NCBI RefSeq assembly: GCF_009914755.1
Contig: NC_060947.1
Source of the DNA: the human T2T-CHM13v2.0 reference genome, Homo sapiens
Direction: 5' to 3' (one strand)
Length of the DNA stretch: 64,000 nt
Shown here: one piece after another, positions 17,250 through 32,674 of the stretch
Layout of the letters: every line of letters begins with the position of its first letter
Numbering within the stretch: the first letter of the stretch is position 1
Translations under genes and position numbers: made by a program
Notes under the pieces: generated by a model
Databases searched by the model: none
What the model was told of the DNA's origin: nothing
Seen by the model: only the letters and a program-made list of their open reading frames with translations

Positions 17250-17867
17250 CTAGTCACGCCTGAAGGTCCCAATCTAATATACTTGCCTTTAACATTTTCC
17301 TACCTTCATGGGTTTCACCCTCAAGGCAAACATGAAACAAAACTAAATTCAGTCTTGCAAGTGCTTGCAGTCTACCTTCATAACATCTATGAACAATTCA
17401 GGGAAGAGCATGGCCCCATGGATGAAAGAACCTAGAATTTCGCTACCCATGGGTTATCTGCTTTGGAGAAAGATGCCACTAATCCATTTGCAAATACAAT
17501 GGCCAATTCACAATGATTACCAAGCCCATGAAGAAAGAAACAAGAAGTCACCAACAAGAGCCAGCAGAAATCCCAAAGGAATTAAGATGCCATGAAAATA
17601 TATACATGATAACCAATTTTTTGAAGAATGTTCAAAAAGCTTGAAAACAAAAAGTTGGAAAACATCTGCAGGGAATAAGAAAGTATTAAAAATGAAAAAA
17701 TAAAAATCAAATCAAACTTCTAGATCAGAGAAATAAACAAAATGAGAAAATGAATGGGTCCACCTAAGGGCAGATTAAACAAAGCTGAAGAGAAAAATGG
17801 ACAAACTTGAGAAGAGGTGAGAAGAAACGATCCAGAGAGTATCGTGGAAATCTGAAAAAAGCTGGGA

Positions 17868-18190
17868 AACCGGGTGCAGTGGCCCACACCTGTAATCCCA
17901 ACTATTCAAAAGACTGAGTTAGAAGGATTGCTTGAGGCCAGGAATTAGAGAACAGCCTGGGCAACAAAGCAAGACCTAGTCTCTAAAAAAATTTTAAAGT
18001 ATAAAATAGTAGCTAGGCATGGTGGCATGTGACTGTAGTCCCAGCTACTCAGGAGGCTGAGGCAGGAGAATCACATGAGCCCAAGAGATCGAAGCTACAG
18101 TGAGCTATGATTGTGCCACTGGGCACAGAGCACAACCTCTCCAGCCTGGGCAACACAGGGAGCTGTCATATACAAAAAATATAAAATAGA
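17868..18190 (+). mobile_element. AluJ
   Basis: Diverged dimeric Alu. Confidence 0.88.
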
Positions 18191-19469
18191 GAGTTAGAAA
18201 TAAGGAAAACAATATGAGAATATCTAATATATGCATAATTATAATACTTAGACCATGAAGATATTAGTCAATGAAACCAAAAAGCAAAAAAGAGAAAGAA
18301 ACAAAAGGGTGATTGAAAAAAATAGAAATACAAAATGCAGACTTTAAAATAACTAGGAAGAATGCATTCCAGAAAATATAAAATTGAGAACTTCGAAAAT
18401 GTGGAAACTATAAGAAGAAACTAAAATTAATCCTTGAAATGTAATGAAAATATATATCAAACATAAAGATTTGATGCATTGGTTTAACCATGCATTAGAT
18501 ACAGTAGAAAAGAGAATTAATGAAATAGATTATAGGTCTTGAGAAAAAGTAATCCAGAATGAAGCTTGAAAGTAAAATTTAATACAAAATACAAAAAAAA
18601 AAAGACTAAAAAAGGAGCCAGAGGGAGAAAATCTAAATTATGTGCAAACAGAGTGAAAACAAGAGAAACAGCACCAAAATTTGAAGAGGTAATGACTATT
18701 TTCAGAATGGAAGAAACCACGATTGCAAATTTCAAGGTCATCAAGGAATTCCAATCAGATTAATAAACCCCTAATGGTATCACAGTGAAACGGCAGAAAC
18801 TCAAAGAAAAACTATCTTAAAGGTATCAGGGGGATATAGACAAACTATCTGCAGAAAATATATTATTTTTAAAGGAGCAACACTTAAACTGACAGCTAAA
18901 TTCTCCATACCAATAATGGAATCCAGAGAATAGGAGAATGATTTCTCAGATGGCTGAAAGAAGTAATTGCAAATTAAAATTCAATGAGAATATTGTTCAA
19001 GAAGAGGATGTCATAAAGACACATTTAGCCATGCAAACAGAGTTTCCAACAGCTTGTTAGCTCTGAAAATATATTTTAGATCACCGATAGATTCTTTTAA
19101 GACAATAATCACAGATAAAAGTAGGAGGTACAAAAAGTAATGAAACATAAATAAAATAGTGTAATCATCAGAAAATCAAAATTAATACTGAAATAATAAG
19201 ATAAGCAATCATATCTGAAAAAGATTCCTAAAAAACACAAAACATTGAAAGGTACTAACAGCAAGTAGGTTAGGTCATAAACATGGAGCTAAAATACACT
19301 GACTACTGGGTATTTTCAGAGAAGTGGAAAATGTATTAATTAAAATTAGTGATTATATTAAGGATCTGTGTTGTAATTTCTAGGGTTATTTACTAAAACT
19401 AGTACAGTCTTTTAACATCTAGTGTAGAGGGAGAAGTGGGAGTGAAGGAAATGGAGTAATGTTATTTGT

Positions 19470-19800
19470 CTTTTATTTCTTTATTTTCTGAGACAGGATC
19501 TTGTTCTGTCATCCAGGTTGCAGTGCAGTGGTGCCATCATAGGTCACTGCAGCCTTGAACTCATGGGATCAGACTCTCCTGTCAACTCTTATCTCTGGAG
19601 TACCTAGGACTACAGGTGCACACCACCACACCTGGCTAATTTATTTTTTTTATTTATTTATTTTTTTTTATGTTTCATAGAGATGAGGTCTTGCTATGTT
19701 CCTCAGGCTGGTCTTGAACTCCTGGAGGATTCTAAAGTGATCCTCCTGCCTTGGTCTCCCAAAGTGCTAGGATTACAGGTGTGAGCCACTGTGCCTGGCC
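19470..19800 (-). mobile_element. AluJ
   Basis: Reverse dimeric Alu ending gtgcctggcc at 19800. Confidence 0.9.
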
Positions 19801-22003
19801 TGAATGATTTTTTAAAAAGCAATTCAAGCAAGATGTAGAAGTGGGATATTAGTAGCACAATTTAGGATAGAAGACTTAAACACAAATATATCAAAAATAA
19901 AAGTAAATATCAGTGGATCTGCGGTTGAAAATCAAAGATTATGAGACCCAAATAGACGCTATGTAGAAAAGACTCAAAACCTGAGTCAACAGAAAGGCCT
20001 GAAGTAAACACATGGGAACTATACACAATTGGATTACTAACAAAACAAAGGTAATGTTAACGTCAAACTAAACAGACATTAAGGCATGAAGCACCACAGA
20101 CTTACAGAGGATCACTTTATAATGAGAAGAACCTTAATTTGCCACAATGCAATAAAAATTCTAGACTGTATCCACTAAAATTCATAAGCATATAAAATGC
20201 AAGAAACTAAATTTTGGAAAAATATACGAAAAGATTTTAAAACATCCATAAACATCGTGGGAAAATTTAATAGACCTATTTTAGTTACTGAAAGAATATG
20301 TAAACTACCACCTGGAAAACTATATAGAGTATGTGAACAACATACTTCAACAGTTTGAGATATTAGACATATAGCACATTGCACCAACCATCGCAAAATA
20401 AACACTTTTCTCAGGGATGCAATGCATATTGGCAAGAAATAAACAAAGTATAAAAATATAAATTGCGGATTATTATAAAATCATGAAGATAAAAATGTGA
20501 TGATTGGCACAGAGGTAGACAAAGAGATCACTTGAACTTTAGTGACATGGATCAAACTGTTTAAAATAAATTGTATTGTGATATTCTAAGGAAAAATAAA
20601 CTAGACCTCTTACAGAATGCAATAAATATATTCCCTGTGTGGTTTCAATATGAAAGATAAAATATTAAGCTTTTTTCAGATAAAATAAAAGGAAATCTTC
20701 ATATCTCTTGGTAGGAAAAGATATCCTAAACAAAAATTCCAAAGCACTAATCTGAAAGAAAATATTGTAAAGTCTATAAACTAACATTAAGAACTTTAGC
20801 TTATTTAAATAAATCATTAAAAACATGGAAGGAAAATCAGAAGATATTTGCAACATATATAATCAGTGAAGCACTCTAATCGAAATACAGCAATAAGACA
20901 CACAACCCAGTAGAAAAACAGATCAAAAACAGACGCTTCACCAAACAGGACATATGAATGGCCAAGAGATATATGGAAATGTCTCAACCTCAGAGTAAAC
21001 ACAGTGAACACACAATGGGTTTCCATGTACACACGCTAGATCAGAAAAATAAAATAGAACTTTTATACTGCCACATGTTGAAGATTGCACACTCCTGGTG
21101 AAAACAGGCATTTCTGTACTGGAAAACAGTTCATCCTTATATAAACTATACAGTTGAAGATTTGAACCAGCAATTCCATAATGGTATATGTCTCAGAAAA
21201 CCAATGCTTGTGAGAAAGGAGGGTGCCTGAAAAAGAATGTTAATAACACGAATTTATAATAACCTCAAACTCAAAATAATAACCATATCTATTAGGAATA
21301 AAATGGACATATGGACTGTGGTATGTTCAGACTTTAGAACACTATACAACAATTAAAATGAGTGGAATGGATGTATACACAGCAACACATATGAAATTTA
21401 TAAAACAGTATTATGCATGAAAAAAACACACCAGAAAGTAATATAAAGTTGCATTCATTTAGAGTCTCCAAACAAGCAAAATTTAATTATGTGATTCAGG
21501 GATGCCTTTATCATTGGGAAAATATAAAGAAAAGCATGGAAATGAGTAGTAAAAGGGAATAATGGTTATCACGGAGGAGGATAAGGAGATAGAATGGGAA
21601 AAGAGCATGCACTGCTTTGAAGATGGAAACTATATTTCTTCACATGGGTGTTGGTTATAGAAACACTTGCCTTAAGCTTTCACATTGCATGGAGCATTGA
21701 TAATATAAGATAACAGAACACACAGAACTTTGGTTTCTGTGTGTTACACTTCAAATGGATTATTTTTTTTAATCAGTGTAAATCTAAGTTCAGCATAAAT
21801 GTTGACCAGTTAACCTCATGCATCTATTATATTGTTTCATATGGCCCTATTATTTGTGGTTTCTAATGGTTGTCTTTATATTGTCCATCTTGAAAATACC
21901 ATTAGAAACCATGAACACATCACCAGAGAGTGATTCATGCTAATGAGAAAAACATGCTGCAGAATTTCTGTTTTCCACTTCCTGTTAATTTAAAAGGTAT
22001 TGA

Positions 22004-22285
22004 GGCTGGGCACCGTGGCTCACGCCTGTTCTCCCAGCACTCTGGGAGGCTGAGGTGGGAGGACTGCTTCAGGCCAGGAGTTTGAGACCCACCTGGGCAA
22101 CATAGTAAGACTCTGTCTCAGTGAATTTATTTAAAAAAATTAGCTTGGTATGGTGGTGCCTAGTTGTAGTCCTAGCTACTCAGGAGGCTGAGGCAGGAGG
22201 ATCACTTGAGCCCAGGAGTTGGAGGCTGCGGTGAGCCATGGTCACAACGCTGCACTCCAGCCTGCAATAGAGTTACACCCTGTCT
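22004..22285 (+). mobile_element. AluJ
   Basis: J diagnostics (ggatcacttgagcccaggagttggaggctgcggtgag). Confidence 0.9.
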
Positions 22286-22972
22286 GCTTTTTTAAAAAGG
22301 AGGGGTACTGCAAAAGCCTTATCCAATCTCCCAGCCCCTTCTGCAACTTCTCAATGGACACACTTCCGTACAGTAGCAGCAGCTGATGAATAGTCGTGAA
22401 TTCACTTATTCCTAGATGTGAAACTCCAATAGGAACTGAGCCATTGATCCGTCCATCACAGGCCCATCCTCAGGTCTATAGCATTGTCTGAGGCTTAACA
22501 CTACAGTTATTCTTTCTGATTGCACATTGGCGTGTGCAATAATTTATTAGGACCCTCTAAGTGTCTACACCAATTGCTACTGTACTGCAATTTACCTATT
22601 TATCTAGCCACATGAAATATTCAGTTAGTTGTATGGAAACCACATTATAAAACCTTTAATTATTCAAAGACATTGGCGGGTGGGAATGTTCTAATTCAGT
22701 AGAAACCAGATTACCTAGAATTTAACATGAAGCAAGTACCTTCATTGGTTATTAGGGAAGGCAGAACTGGCAAAAAATGACATGGGAGGTACATGGGAAA
22801 GTTAGAAAACATTCCACTAAACAGACTTTAAAAGGTGAGACTATATGATGGGCATTCTAAAAATACATAGAAGACAACACCTGGCTGCACAGGAATGACA
22901 TCCTTCATGGCAAGTCCATTTGGAAAGGCATATGCCTGGCATTTAGCTCAATGCATTTTGATTTTCTTTTCA

Positions 22973-23326
<354 letters not shown>

Positions 23327-23946
23327 TTAGTTGAAACAAGCTCACCTTTATTTATAGCTGTTCCTTGTCTTTGAATTAAAATTGTGTTATACAATGTGGT
23401 CACTGACCTTACTCAACAGAACCCTGGCTGTATCCAAATATAAATGCCTCCTTAAGGATTAAGACTTGCCTCAGCAAGATATTAAAAATAAATTACTATG
23501 GGCTCTGAAACGTTTTAAAGTGAGGAGAAATAAAGAAGTTTCCAGCAGTCTTACCTTATTGTAATTAGTGTACTGCCTCTGAAGTGACTAATTTGAATAT
23601 AATAAAGCTCATTTTGGGTATATGATTTCTGATATCCTTGCTAAATTATATCAGCCTAATTACGTAACAGTCAGCACCCATATACCTTTATCATTTCACT
23701 AGTTTTACTTCTTAAAGTGAAGTTGCTCAGAACACTGCTAGGTTAATTTTGATTTTCATATGTAAGAATACGCATTGCTAAACTTTTGCTATTGCAACTT
23801 CCATCTTAATTTCCTAAAGTCCATTGTGAAGTCCTTTAATATATGAGATATATAAGATATGGTTTTTAATAACACTTTAAAAATTTTCCTATTAGGTTAC
23901 AACTTGTATGTTTTTCATATCTGTTTAGTTTCTCCTCTCAAAACTG

Positions 23947-24268
23947 GAGTAGCTCCTCCTTACCAGGGGCAGTGAGGGATGCTTTCCAAGACCCCCATTG
24001 GATGCCTCAAGCTGTGGACAGTACCAAACTCTATATATGCAATGTTTTTTCCTATACCTGCATGCCCATGATAACGTTTATTTTATAAATTAGGCACAGT
24101 AAGAGATTAACAACAATTAAAATAAAATACAACTGTAACAATATATACTCTAATAAAACGTTACGTGAATGTGATGTCTCTTTCTCTCTCTCAAAATATC
24201 ACTGTACTGTACTAACCTAACCATGGGTAATGGAAATCACAGATAACGGGGGTTGGTTGGGGGGATTA
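23947..24268 (+). mobile_element. MER44A-like Tigger-derived element
   Basis: ttccaagacccccattggatgcct..agtaccaaactctatata..taaattaggcacagtaagagattaacaac. Confidence 0.8.
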
Positions 24269-24284
24269 CATATCTCTGTCTCTA

Positions 24285-24288
<4 letters not shown>

Positions 24289-24325
<37 letters not shown>
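24289..24325. repeat. (CT)n microsatellite
   Basis: Directly visible. Confidence 0.95.
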
Positions 24326-24327
<2 letters not shown>

Positions 24328-24807
24328 TATATCTAAATCCACCCAAACAACAAGCGGCAAAGACAAAATACCAGTGGGCAATAAGAAGGCTTCAAGAATT
24401 TTCTGAATACTAAAAGCAACTGAAAAACATTATAACTGACATAATAATGTTAAAAAGACCAAGAAAGAAAGAGAACGTCAAGGCACTAGATACAGAAGCT
24501 CAAGCTGGTCAGAAGGAAACAGAAGGATTACAAGAGTAAATGAGAACAGAATCACGTGCTGCAGAAAAAGTACGAGCTTGCAGAGATTAGCAACCAGGTT
24601 AGCTGCACAGAGACACCCTGGGCGGGAGGCTGCAAGATGCCTTTTAGAGAAACCCATGGCTCTCTGCAAAAGCAAAGACCTGCATATCACGAATGCTGGT
24701 AGTTTATACTAATAATGAGGTATGTATGAAGAAAGACAGGCAGAAGAATTATATATAACAACAATACAAGAATACACAGCAGCCAAAATATTCATTTTTT
24801 CCTTTTT

Positions 24808-24960
24808 CATGCATTCACTATTTCACCCATTTATTCCTTTATTCAACTAATTTTTTTTGTGTCCCTACTACATTCCAAATACTGATTTAGACAGTGGGGA
24901 TAAAGACAGGCTACCAAGTGATCAAGTTGGATGAAACAGACTAAGGGCAAATATACAGTA
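24808..24960 (-). mobile_element. L2 3'-end fragment
   Basis: cattca..ttattcaactaa..cctacta..agtggggata pattern. Confidence 0.5.
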
Positions 24961-26467
24961 TGCTAAGTACGATAGGTGGAGGGGAAGGAGGAGAGGGTTG
25001 AGGGACCCTCTAAGTCAGAAAAGTACCTGATACTGGATGCATGAGAAATAGGCACACCTCTAGCCAGGTAATACGGCCCCACAGGTACTCAGCTTGCAGA
25101 GTGTATCTAGGGCTAAATTTCAGCCTCCATTAGTCCCTTAGCCTTCAGCCTTGCACCACGCAAGCTGTACAATAATACCAGCACATGCGTGTGTGCATGC
25201 ACACCTTTTATTTTGAATTGCAAGAAATGCAACCTTATTTGGATTGCAGAATGGTTTCCCTATCCCTGAAACAACAAGTCTAAGATGGCTTGCAACAAGG
25301 ACACACGCACAATAGGGCATTTCTGACATGAGAAGACATGGCCTAGCATTTGGGGGTGAAATATGTGGCCGCCTTCTCCCTGTGAGATTCAAATGTTTGA
25401 AGGTGGCATTGAGATTCTAGGGTAGAAAAAGTAAGAAAAAATGAAAATATTTCCTTTCCTTTTTTTTTTTCCCCCAAAGGAACAATATCCAATGAGACAT
25501 TGTTCTTCTTAGGGGATTCCTCCTCTCCCTTCCCCCCACAGCATAATCAATGAAAACATAGCAGAAACCTCCCTGTCTAAGCCCAGAGAAGTGAGAGGAC
25601 TGTGGAGAATTTTCTTTCCACCTCTAATTCCATCCTCATTTCTGAAAGGGGATGCTGACTTGCAACCCCATGGTGCCTGCAGGTGCAGCTGACAACGATG
25701 CTTGCAGTTTCCATGAGCCAGTGTGTTTTCTGCTGAGTGAGATGGAAATAGGACAGGTGAGGGCCTGACATTCTCTTGCCTAGAAAATCCACGAGGAAAT
25801 AAGGCCCCTTTCTCAGCATGCAGTGTTCAGAGGAAGACATGAAGATTACATCCATCAGTGCTAATAACAGTAAACAAGTGTGAATGATGCCAACACTTGA
25901 TTTAAACACCACATAGGCAGGGGACATCTATCGTGGGCTGGTAACACCAATGAGTTATAATTGAAATCAGCAGTAAAGACAGGATAATTGCATATCCAAT
26001 CTGAAGACAGACTTCTTCCTGTTTGTTTTATTTTACCTTCACTTTAATTTCCTCATAGTGTCACAATCTAATTCCATTTAATGAAGGGGGAAAAGGGAAG
26101 GAAAAGAAAAATTTAATACATTTCTACGAGTAGGATTATTTGACAACAGATGGGCTGCCTCCTGATAGAAGGAGTTTTGTGTGTGAAGAATTCTAATTTA
26201 GGCCTTTTCCTGCCATGTTAGTTTCATGCTAAAAGTTTCAAAGCTAAAAACCAAGTCATACTGACAGAATAACACTCCTGGAGGGTTTACTCTTGGTAAG
26301 GCACCCCTCTTAACTCCATTTATACCTATAATTTTACTATCTTTAGAGTTGGACCTAATGAGGAATAAAGACAGAAACAAACAACAGGTTTAGACACAAA
26401 GAGAGATTACATAACTTGTCTAGGATCACAGACAGATCTAGACGTGCCCAAAGTGGGACTTGTACAA

Positions 26468-27200
26468 TGTCTTACTCCATATGCATTGCTATAACGGAAT
26501 ACCTGAAGCTGAGCAATTTATAAAGAAAAGACGGTCCAGGCATGGTGGCTCACATCTGTAATCCCAGCACTTTAGGAGGCTGAAGCAGGAGGACCGCTTG
26601 AGGTCAGGAGTTTGAGACCAGCCTGGGAAACTCAGCAAGACTGTCCCTACAATTTTTTTAATTAACTGGGCATGGAGGCATGCACCTGTAGTCCTAGCTA
26701 CTCGGGAGGTTGAGGTGGGAGGGTGGCTTGAGCCTAGGAGTTTGAGGCTGCAGTGAGCTATGATTGCACCACTGTACTCCAGTCTAACAGAGCAAGACCT
26801 TGTCTCTAATTAGAAAAATAAAAAAGAAAAGAAAAGAGGTTTATTTGGCTCACAGTTCTTCGGGGTGTACAAGAAGCATGGTACCAGCATCTGCTTCTGG
26901 TGAGGCCTCAGGGAGCTTCCACTTATGGTGGAAGAGGAAGGGGAGCTGCTGTGTGCGCAGATCATATGGTGAGAGAGGAAGCAAGAGAGAGAGGAGAGGA
27001 AGGTGCCAGGCTCTTTTTAACAACCTGATCTCCTGAGAAATAATAGAGCAAGAACTCAGGCATCACCTGGAAGACTGCACCAAGTCATTCATGAGGGATC
27101 CGGCCAATGACCCAAATGCCTCCCACCAAGTCACACCTCCAACACTGGGGATCAGTATTCAACGTGAGATTTGGAGAAGACAAATATCCAAACTATATCA
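26468..27200 (-). mobile_element. MSTB-type MaLR solo LTR interrupted by an AluJ
   Basis: attgctataacggaatacctga..tttatttggctcacagttct..tggtgaggcctcagg..caaatatccaaactatatca. Confidence 0.85.
26532..26835 (+). mobile_element. AluJ inserted in the MST LTR
   Basis: Dimeric Alu flanked by AAAGAAAAGA. Confidence 0.9.
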
Positions 27201-27297
27201 TACCCTGTGAGTATGTCTTCAAAGCCTCTGCTTGTCTTCAAAGCTGCTTTCAGATAGCACCTTAGGGAGCACCAATAAGTATCCCCATATTCTAAAC

Positions 27298-27517
27298 CAA
27301 GGTTTTTCAACCTTAATACTAGTGGCATTATGAATGGGATAATTCCTTGTTCTCGTGGGCTGTCCTCTGCATTGCAGTATATTGAGCAACATCTTGGACT
27401 TATATCCATTAGATGCCAGAAGCATCACCAATCTCCAGCTGTAACAACCCGAAGTATGTACATGCATAGTCAAATGTCCCTTGGAGAGGAAAACTTATAC
27501 CTCACTGGGGGCTAATG
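27298..27517 (+). mobile_element. MER3-like hAT element, copy 1
   Basis: ttttcaacctt..ataattccttgtt..gctgtcctctgcattgcag..attagatgccag..caaatgtccc. Confidence 0.75.
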
Positions 27518-27572
27518 GTTTAGCTAGAGGAAGCATTTTAAATATGAGTAAGAAAAAAACATTAACTTAGAG

Positions 27573-27777
27573 CAGGGTTTATTAATGTCAGCATCAATGA
27601 CATTTGGAATCAGATCATTGTTATGGATGAGTGTCCTACGAATTGTAGGATGTTGAACAGTAACCGTGGTCTCCACCAACTAAGTGCATTAACACCCTTC
27701 AAACTCACTCTGACAACTGGAAATGTCTCCTTACATTGCCAAGCAGGGCACAACTGCCCATGACTGAGAGCCATGGT
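27573..27777 (+). mobile_element. MER3-like hAT element, copy 2
   Basis: tgacatttgg..tgtcct..attgtaggatgtt..tgacaac..aaatgtctcc..acattgcca..tgagagcca. Confidence 0.7.
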
Positions 27778-30698
27778 TCTAAATCAAGAAGTGTGTCTAC
27801 CAAAGCAAGGCCTAGTAACAGACTGTGGGGCTGGCCACACCATACTTGGCCCATCAGCCTTGTTCAGGCCTTATGGGGCACAGCAAAGACAGTGGTGAAG
27901 GATGAAGATGACGGAGGGTTGGCCCTGTCAGCTACGATGGTGATGGAGCCAAATGTGAACCACATAGAAAGAAGTGCTCTTTGGTCATCTAGAAAGGGAC
28001 TGTGCCCTGGTCTCACCTCTAGAGAACAGGTGAGGGTCACAGAAGAGGTTCAGCTGAAGTGATGGAGGGAGGAAAGAGATTCAACCCAAGTCAAATGAAC
28101 TGCAGTGGGTGGAACTTGCCACAGAAACCCTGGAAATCATATATGCCTCCAAAGTAAAGTTCAACTGTGTACAGCTGCTGCTCCCAGAAGACAGTAGCAT
28201 CAGACTTTAACTCTACCACCAGCCACGCAAGAAGTTGCCTTTTCCTCTCATGGCCCCTCTCCTCTTAGTGAGGAAAGACGTCAGCTTCACACTCCTTTCT
28301 CACTGAATGGTTGTCCTGTCTGTGGCTTTCCCAGGAAAGGAAAGTGAAAAAAATTTGTAATGGAGGAGAAATTGCAACAGACTGAACTGGATGGTTAAGA
28401 TCCTTGAGTGGCCAGAATTCCTATGCTTTATGCACGTTAGTCAGCCAAGGGTGAGGATAAAGAAGGCTACCGATTAGATTGAGATGTAAGAAGCATTTGC
28501 TGCCTATTTGTGCTTTATTGAATCCAGCCAGTATGTACTTTACTAGAACCTCTTAGTGGGTAGACAGGAGATGGGTAATTACCTAATGAGACATTTTACA
28601 CCAGGCACTTGCTAAGATTGAGGGCTTGGATTAAACAACTTAGGAGGTCTCTTCTTATGTTATTTTTAACTTTCTTTTCAACATAATGGTCTAAAGGAAT
28701 ATGCATCCCTCAAACCAGGGGCAAAATGGTGAAAATTTTGGATATATTCTGTCTTTTGCCATGAAGAACTACGCTACCAACCTACCCACTAGAGCTAGTA
28801 GCATGCAAACAATTTCATGTATCTTTCATTTCTTCTCTGAGATTCTTAGCAGAACCACAAGGACCATAACGATATCGCTTATTGGGAAGAGCCTCTTACT
28901 TCCTGGTCAAGCCCTATAGAATGCAGTGATCCCTAAGGGATTGGCAGACAACTGTTACCTGTTTGCAGGCCACAACTGTGATGCAGAAGTTCGGCAGAAG
29001 GATATTCAATATGGCAGAGGGATATTGAATTCACTATGTTTTGCAACCCTTGTGGCCTGCACATACTCATATAACTCATATAACTTGACTAGCTTAATCC
29101 TAAATAAGTGCTTGAAGGTGTATTTACTTACACTGATAAGTAGTTAGTAAATCAATGTCAAAACATATACCTTCTTTGATGTTAGTCTTGCCCAATATTT
29201 TGGACATTTTAAAATACGTTTGAGAATACTTTTGGCAATATTTTTTATTTTACTTTGGTTGCTACAATCTTTGTAACAGCTCCTCTAATGAATGAGTCAA
29301 TACTTTTAATAATCCCTCTCAATGTAGCTATAGTTTTGCAAGAATTTCTCCACCTCTCACTTGGTTAACTGAAGCAAATGCTCTGGTTAAGTATGCAAAT
29401 CCTATTTAAGAGAAAGGAGTTTCCCATGAAGGCACTGTCCTCTTCTTCCCTTGGGGAGCTTTATACACAAAATTGCCTCTGTGTGCGAAGAGCACAGGAA
29501 CAGACAGACAGATGAGTCAGGGAGAAGCGAAGTTGATGGAAGATGTTGGTATCAAAACAGCTAGAACTTGATTTGGAGCATTTTGGTTATTTCTGACTTA
29601 TTCCTGACCTATACAGCAAAGCCAGCAACGAAGCCATATGACTAATGCATTTTGTAAACAAGACACTGAGTCCTGTTACAGATAGCTGGAGACATCTGAC
29701 TGGGGCCAGGCAAGATGTTGACCAACATCAAGACTTGACCAGATTTTAGGAACTGGGAGCACACTGGGCTTTACCTAATGGTTCAATGTAGGCTTAAGAA
29801 ACAGCTGACACATGTACTAGTGCTCAGGCACAAAGCACAGATATGAATTTTAGTAGCCATGACAGACTTCTAAGGAGTCCTTCTCAATGAGGCTCTACTT
29901 CAAAGATGCCATGTTTGAGGGGCCATCGAGGTGGTGATTCACTGATATAAGGGCAAGGGTCAGGCAGGGTTTAGAATGAAAATAAAAGTACCCTGTTCTT
30001 TTAACCAGCAAGAGACCCTCAGAGTTCACTGACATCTGGATCCAGTGCCCATCCTCACTCTTTCTTTTCTGACATTTTGTATCCCAGTTTATCACTCAAG
30101 AGAAATTCAGTGAGCACTTACTGTATACACGTACATATCCATAAGTGCCATTCATCAGACTGTGAATAAATATGAAACCTAGAGCCCTTTGTCTTACAAT
30201 TAAACTTTTTTTATAAGCCCAGAACACACATTTCTGTACAAGATGACACATGAACAGATAAAAGTATCCTCAACCAAGTGAAAAATAATTAGGGCATCAA
30301 AGCCATCCAAAGATAGCTGGATGGTCACAGTCCCTGAAAGGATTCCCTGGAAAGTCAGATCCAGCTTAGTCATTCAAAGCAGCGCCTCCCCTGATGAAAA
30401 GAAGAGATCACAATGCAATCAGTCAAGCTTATCTGGGGTCCAGAGCCTTTGCAGAATCTCAGCCTGCCAGCCTGTGGCTCAGGTGTGCCCATCTAGATAA
30501 GAGTCCGACTTTGATATGTGGGATCACAACTTTCCTCTCATCCTTGCCTTTGGGGCGTTTTTCTGTGCTACCGAGTTTGATTCCACTGATTTTTCTCCCT
30601 GCCGGGGTCACCTAGGGACTGCAAGATAACAGAGGCACAGAGCCTCCACTTACACAGAGCAAAGGAGGCTGTGGGATAATGAACAGCCAGCCCCTTGA

Positions 30699-31103
<405 letters not shown>

Positions 31104-31773
31104 CTATCCTCATCCTTTTTTAAAAAACTGAAGTAGAAGTATGGAGAACATGGCTAATTCTTGCGTAGATAATCAATAATACCCTCTTAAATAAAAATCA
31201 TATTTACAACAAAAGCACGAAAGAAAAAAATTGTATGATTAGCTAATGCGGTCGGAAGTTAGTAGTTCCATTTGTTGCTCCTATATAAATCATGTGGAAC
31301 TTAAAATTCCTCTATTTTTAGTTTCTGCTTTTTTGGGGGTGGGGTTGGAGGAGGTTAGATTAACAAATGCAGACACACTGTGATGATTATTCATATGTAA
31401 TACAAATATGTATATATATCTATATATATAAATTATATATAGATACAAACATATATATGAAGAGTTAGTAATTTTTATGTTTTATACATATATTTATAAA
31501 CTCAGAAGAGTTACATATGTTATATATATTAATACCTCATATGTATTGATATTCTCCAATGAATCAAAGGGATTTTAATAAAGGTTGATTGGGGAATGAC
31601 TTTCAAGACCTATAAGCAAAATAAAATTTTCAAAATATGGTTACAAATTAAAAAAAAAACAATAGGTAGTATATATTACATGATCTGTATTTCATAGTTT
31701 TAATATATATCACAGATTTACATTTATAATACAAAAATTTATAAATTATACACATTTAATATATAAAATTACA

Positions 31774-31843
31774 TATGTGTGTGTGTGTGTGTGTGTATAT
31801 ATATACACATATATATATATATACACACGTATATATATATATA
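31774..31843. repeat. (TG)n(TA)n microsatellite within an AT-rich region
   Basis: Directly visible. Confidence 0.92.
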
Positions 31844-31854
31844 AAATAGCCTTT

Positions 31855-31995
31855 CCATGTGGCAGGGACTCTTACTAGCACTGTTTGTACAGTAACTCTT
31901 TTGATCCTCAAAACACCATAAGACTCATTTATTTTAAAGGTGAGAAAAATGAGGCCCAGAGAGGTTAAGTCAATTAATCAACAACACACAGCTCA
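31855..31995 (-). mobile_element. MIR fragment
   Basis: MIR core gagaaaaatgaggcccagagaggttaagt..acacagct. Confidence 0.75.
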
Positions 31996-32288
31996 CGAGG
32001 CTCTAATACAGCACTGGTTTTGCCATAGGTAGAGAAACCTGAAAGAAAACATTGTGTGATGTGCCAATGTGGTCAGTAGTTAGAACTCCCATCTGTTGCT
32101 CATATACAAGTCATGTGGAAATTGAAATTCCTCTGCTTTTAATCTCTACTTAGGTATAAACATAAAGTGGAGGAGATGCACATCCAAGCTGCCTTAGTCT
32201 AACTTTGCTTAATACAACATCTTTAAGCCCTTTGTATTTTTCTCTGATATTTCCAGGTATGCTCTCTCTTGTTTAGGAAACTCTCTCA

Positions 32289-32674
<386 letters not shown>

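Larger units (their letters stand above)
17600..21700 (+). mobile_element. Highly degenerate old L1M fragments (ORF1/ORF2/3' end)
   Basis: Strongly A-rich plus strand with L1-like motifs (ggcagattaaacaaagctgaagagaa, actgacagctaaattctc, ggcacagaggtagacaaagagatca, ggactgtggtatgttca). Confidence 0.6.
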
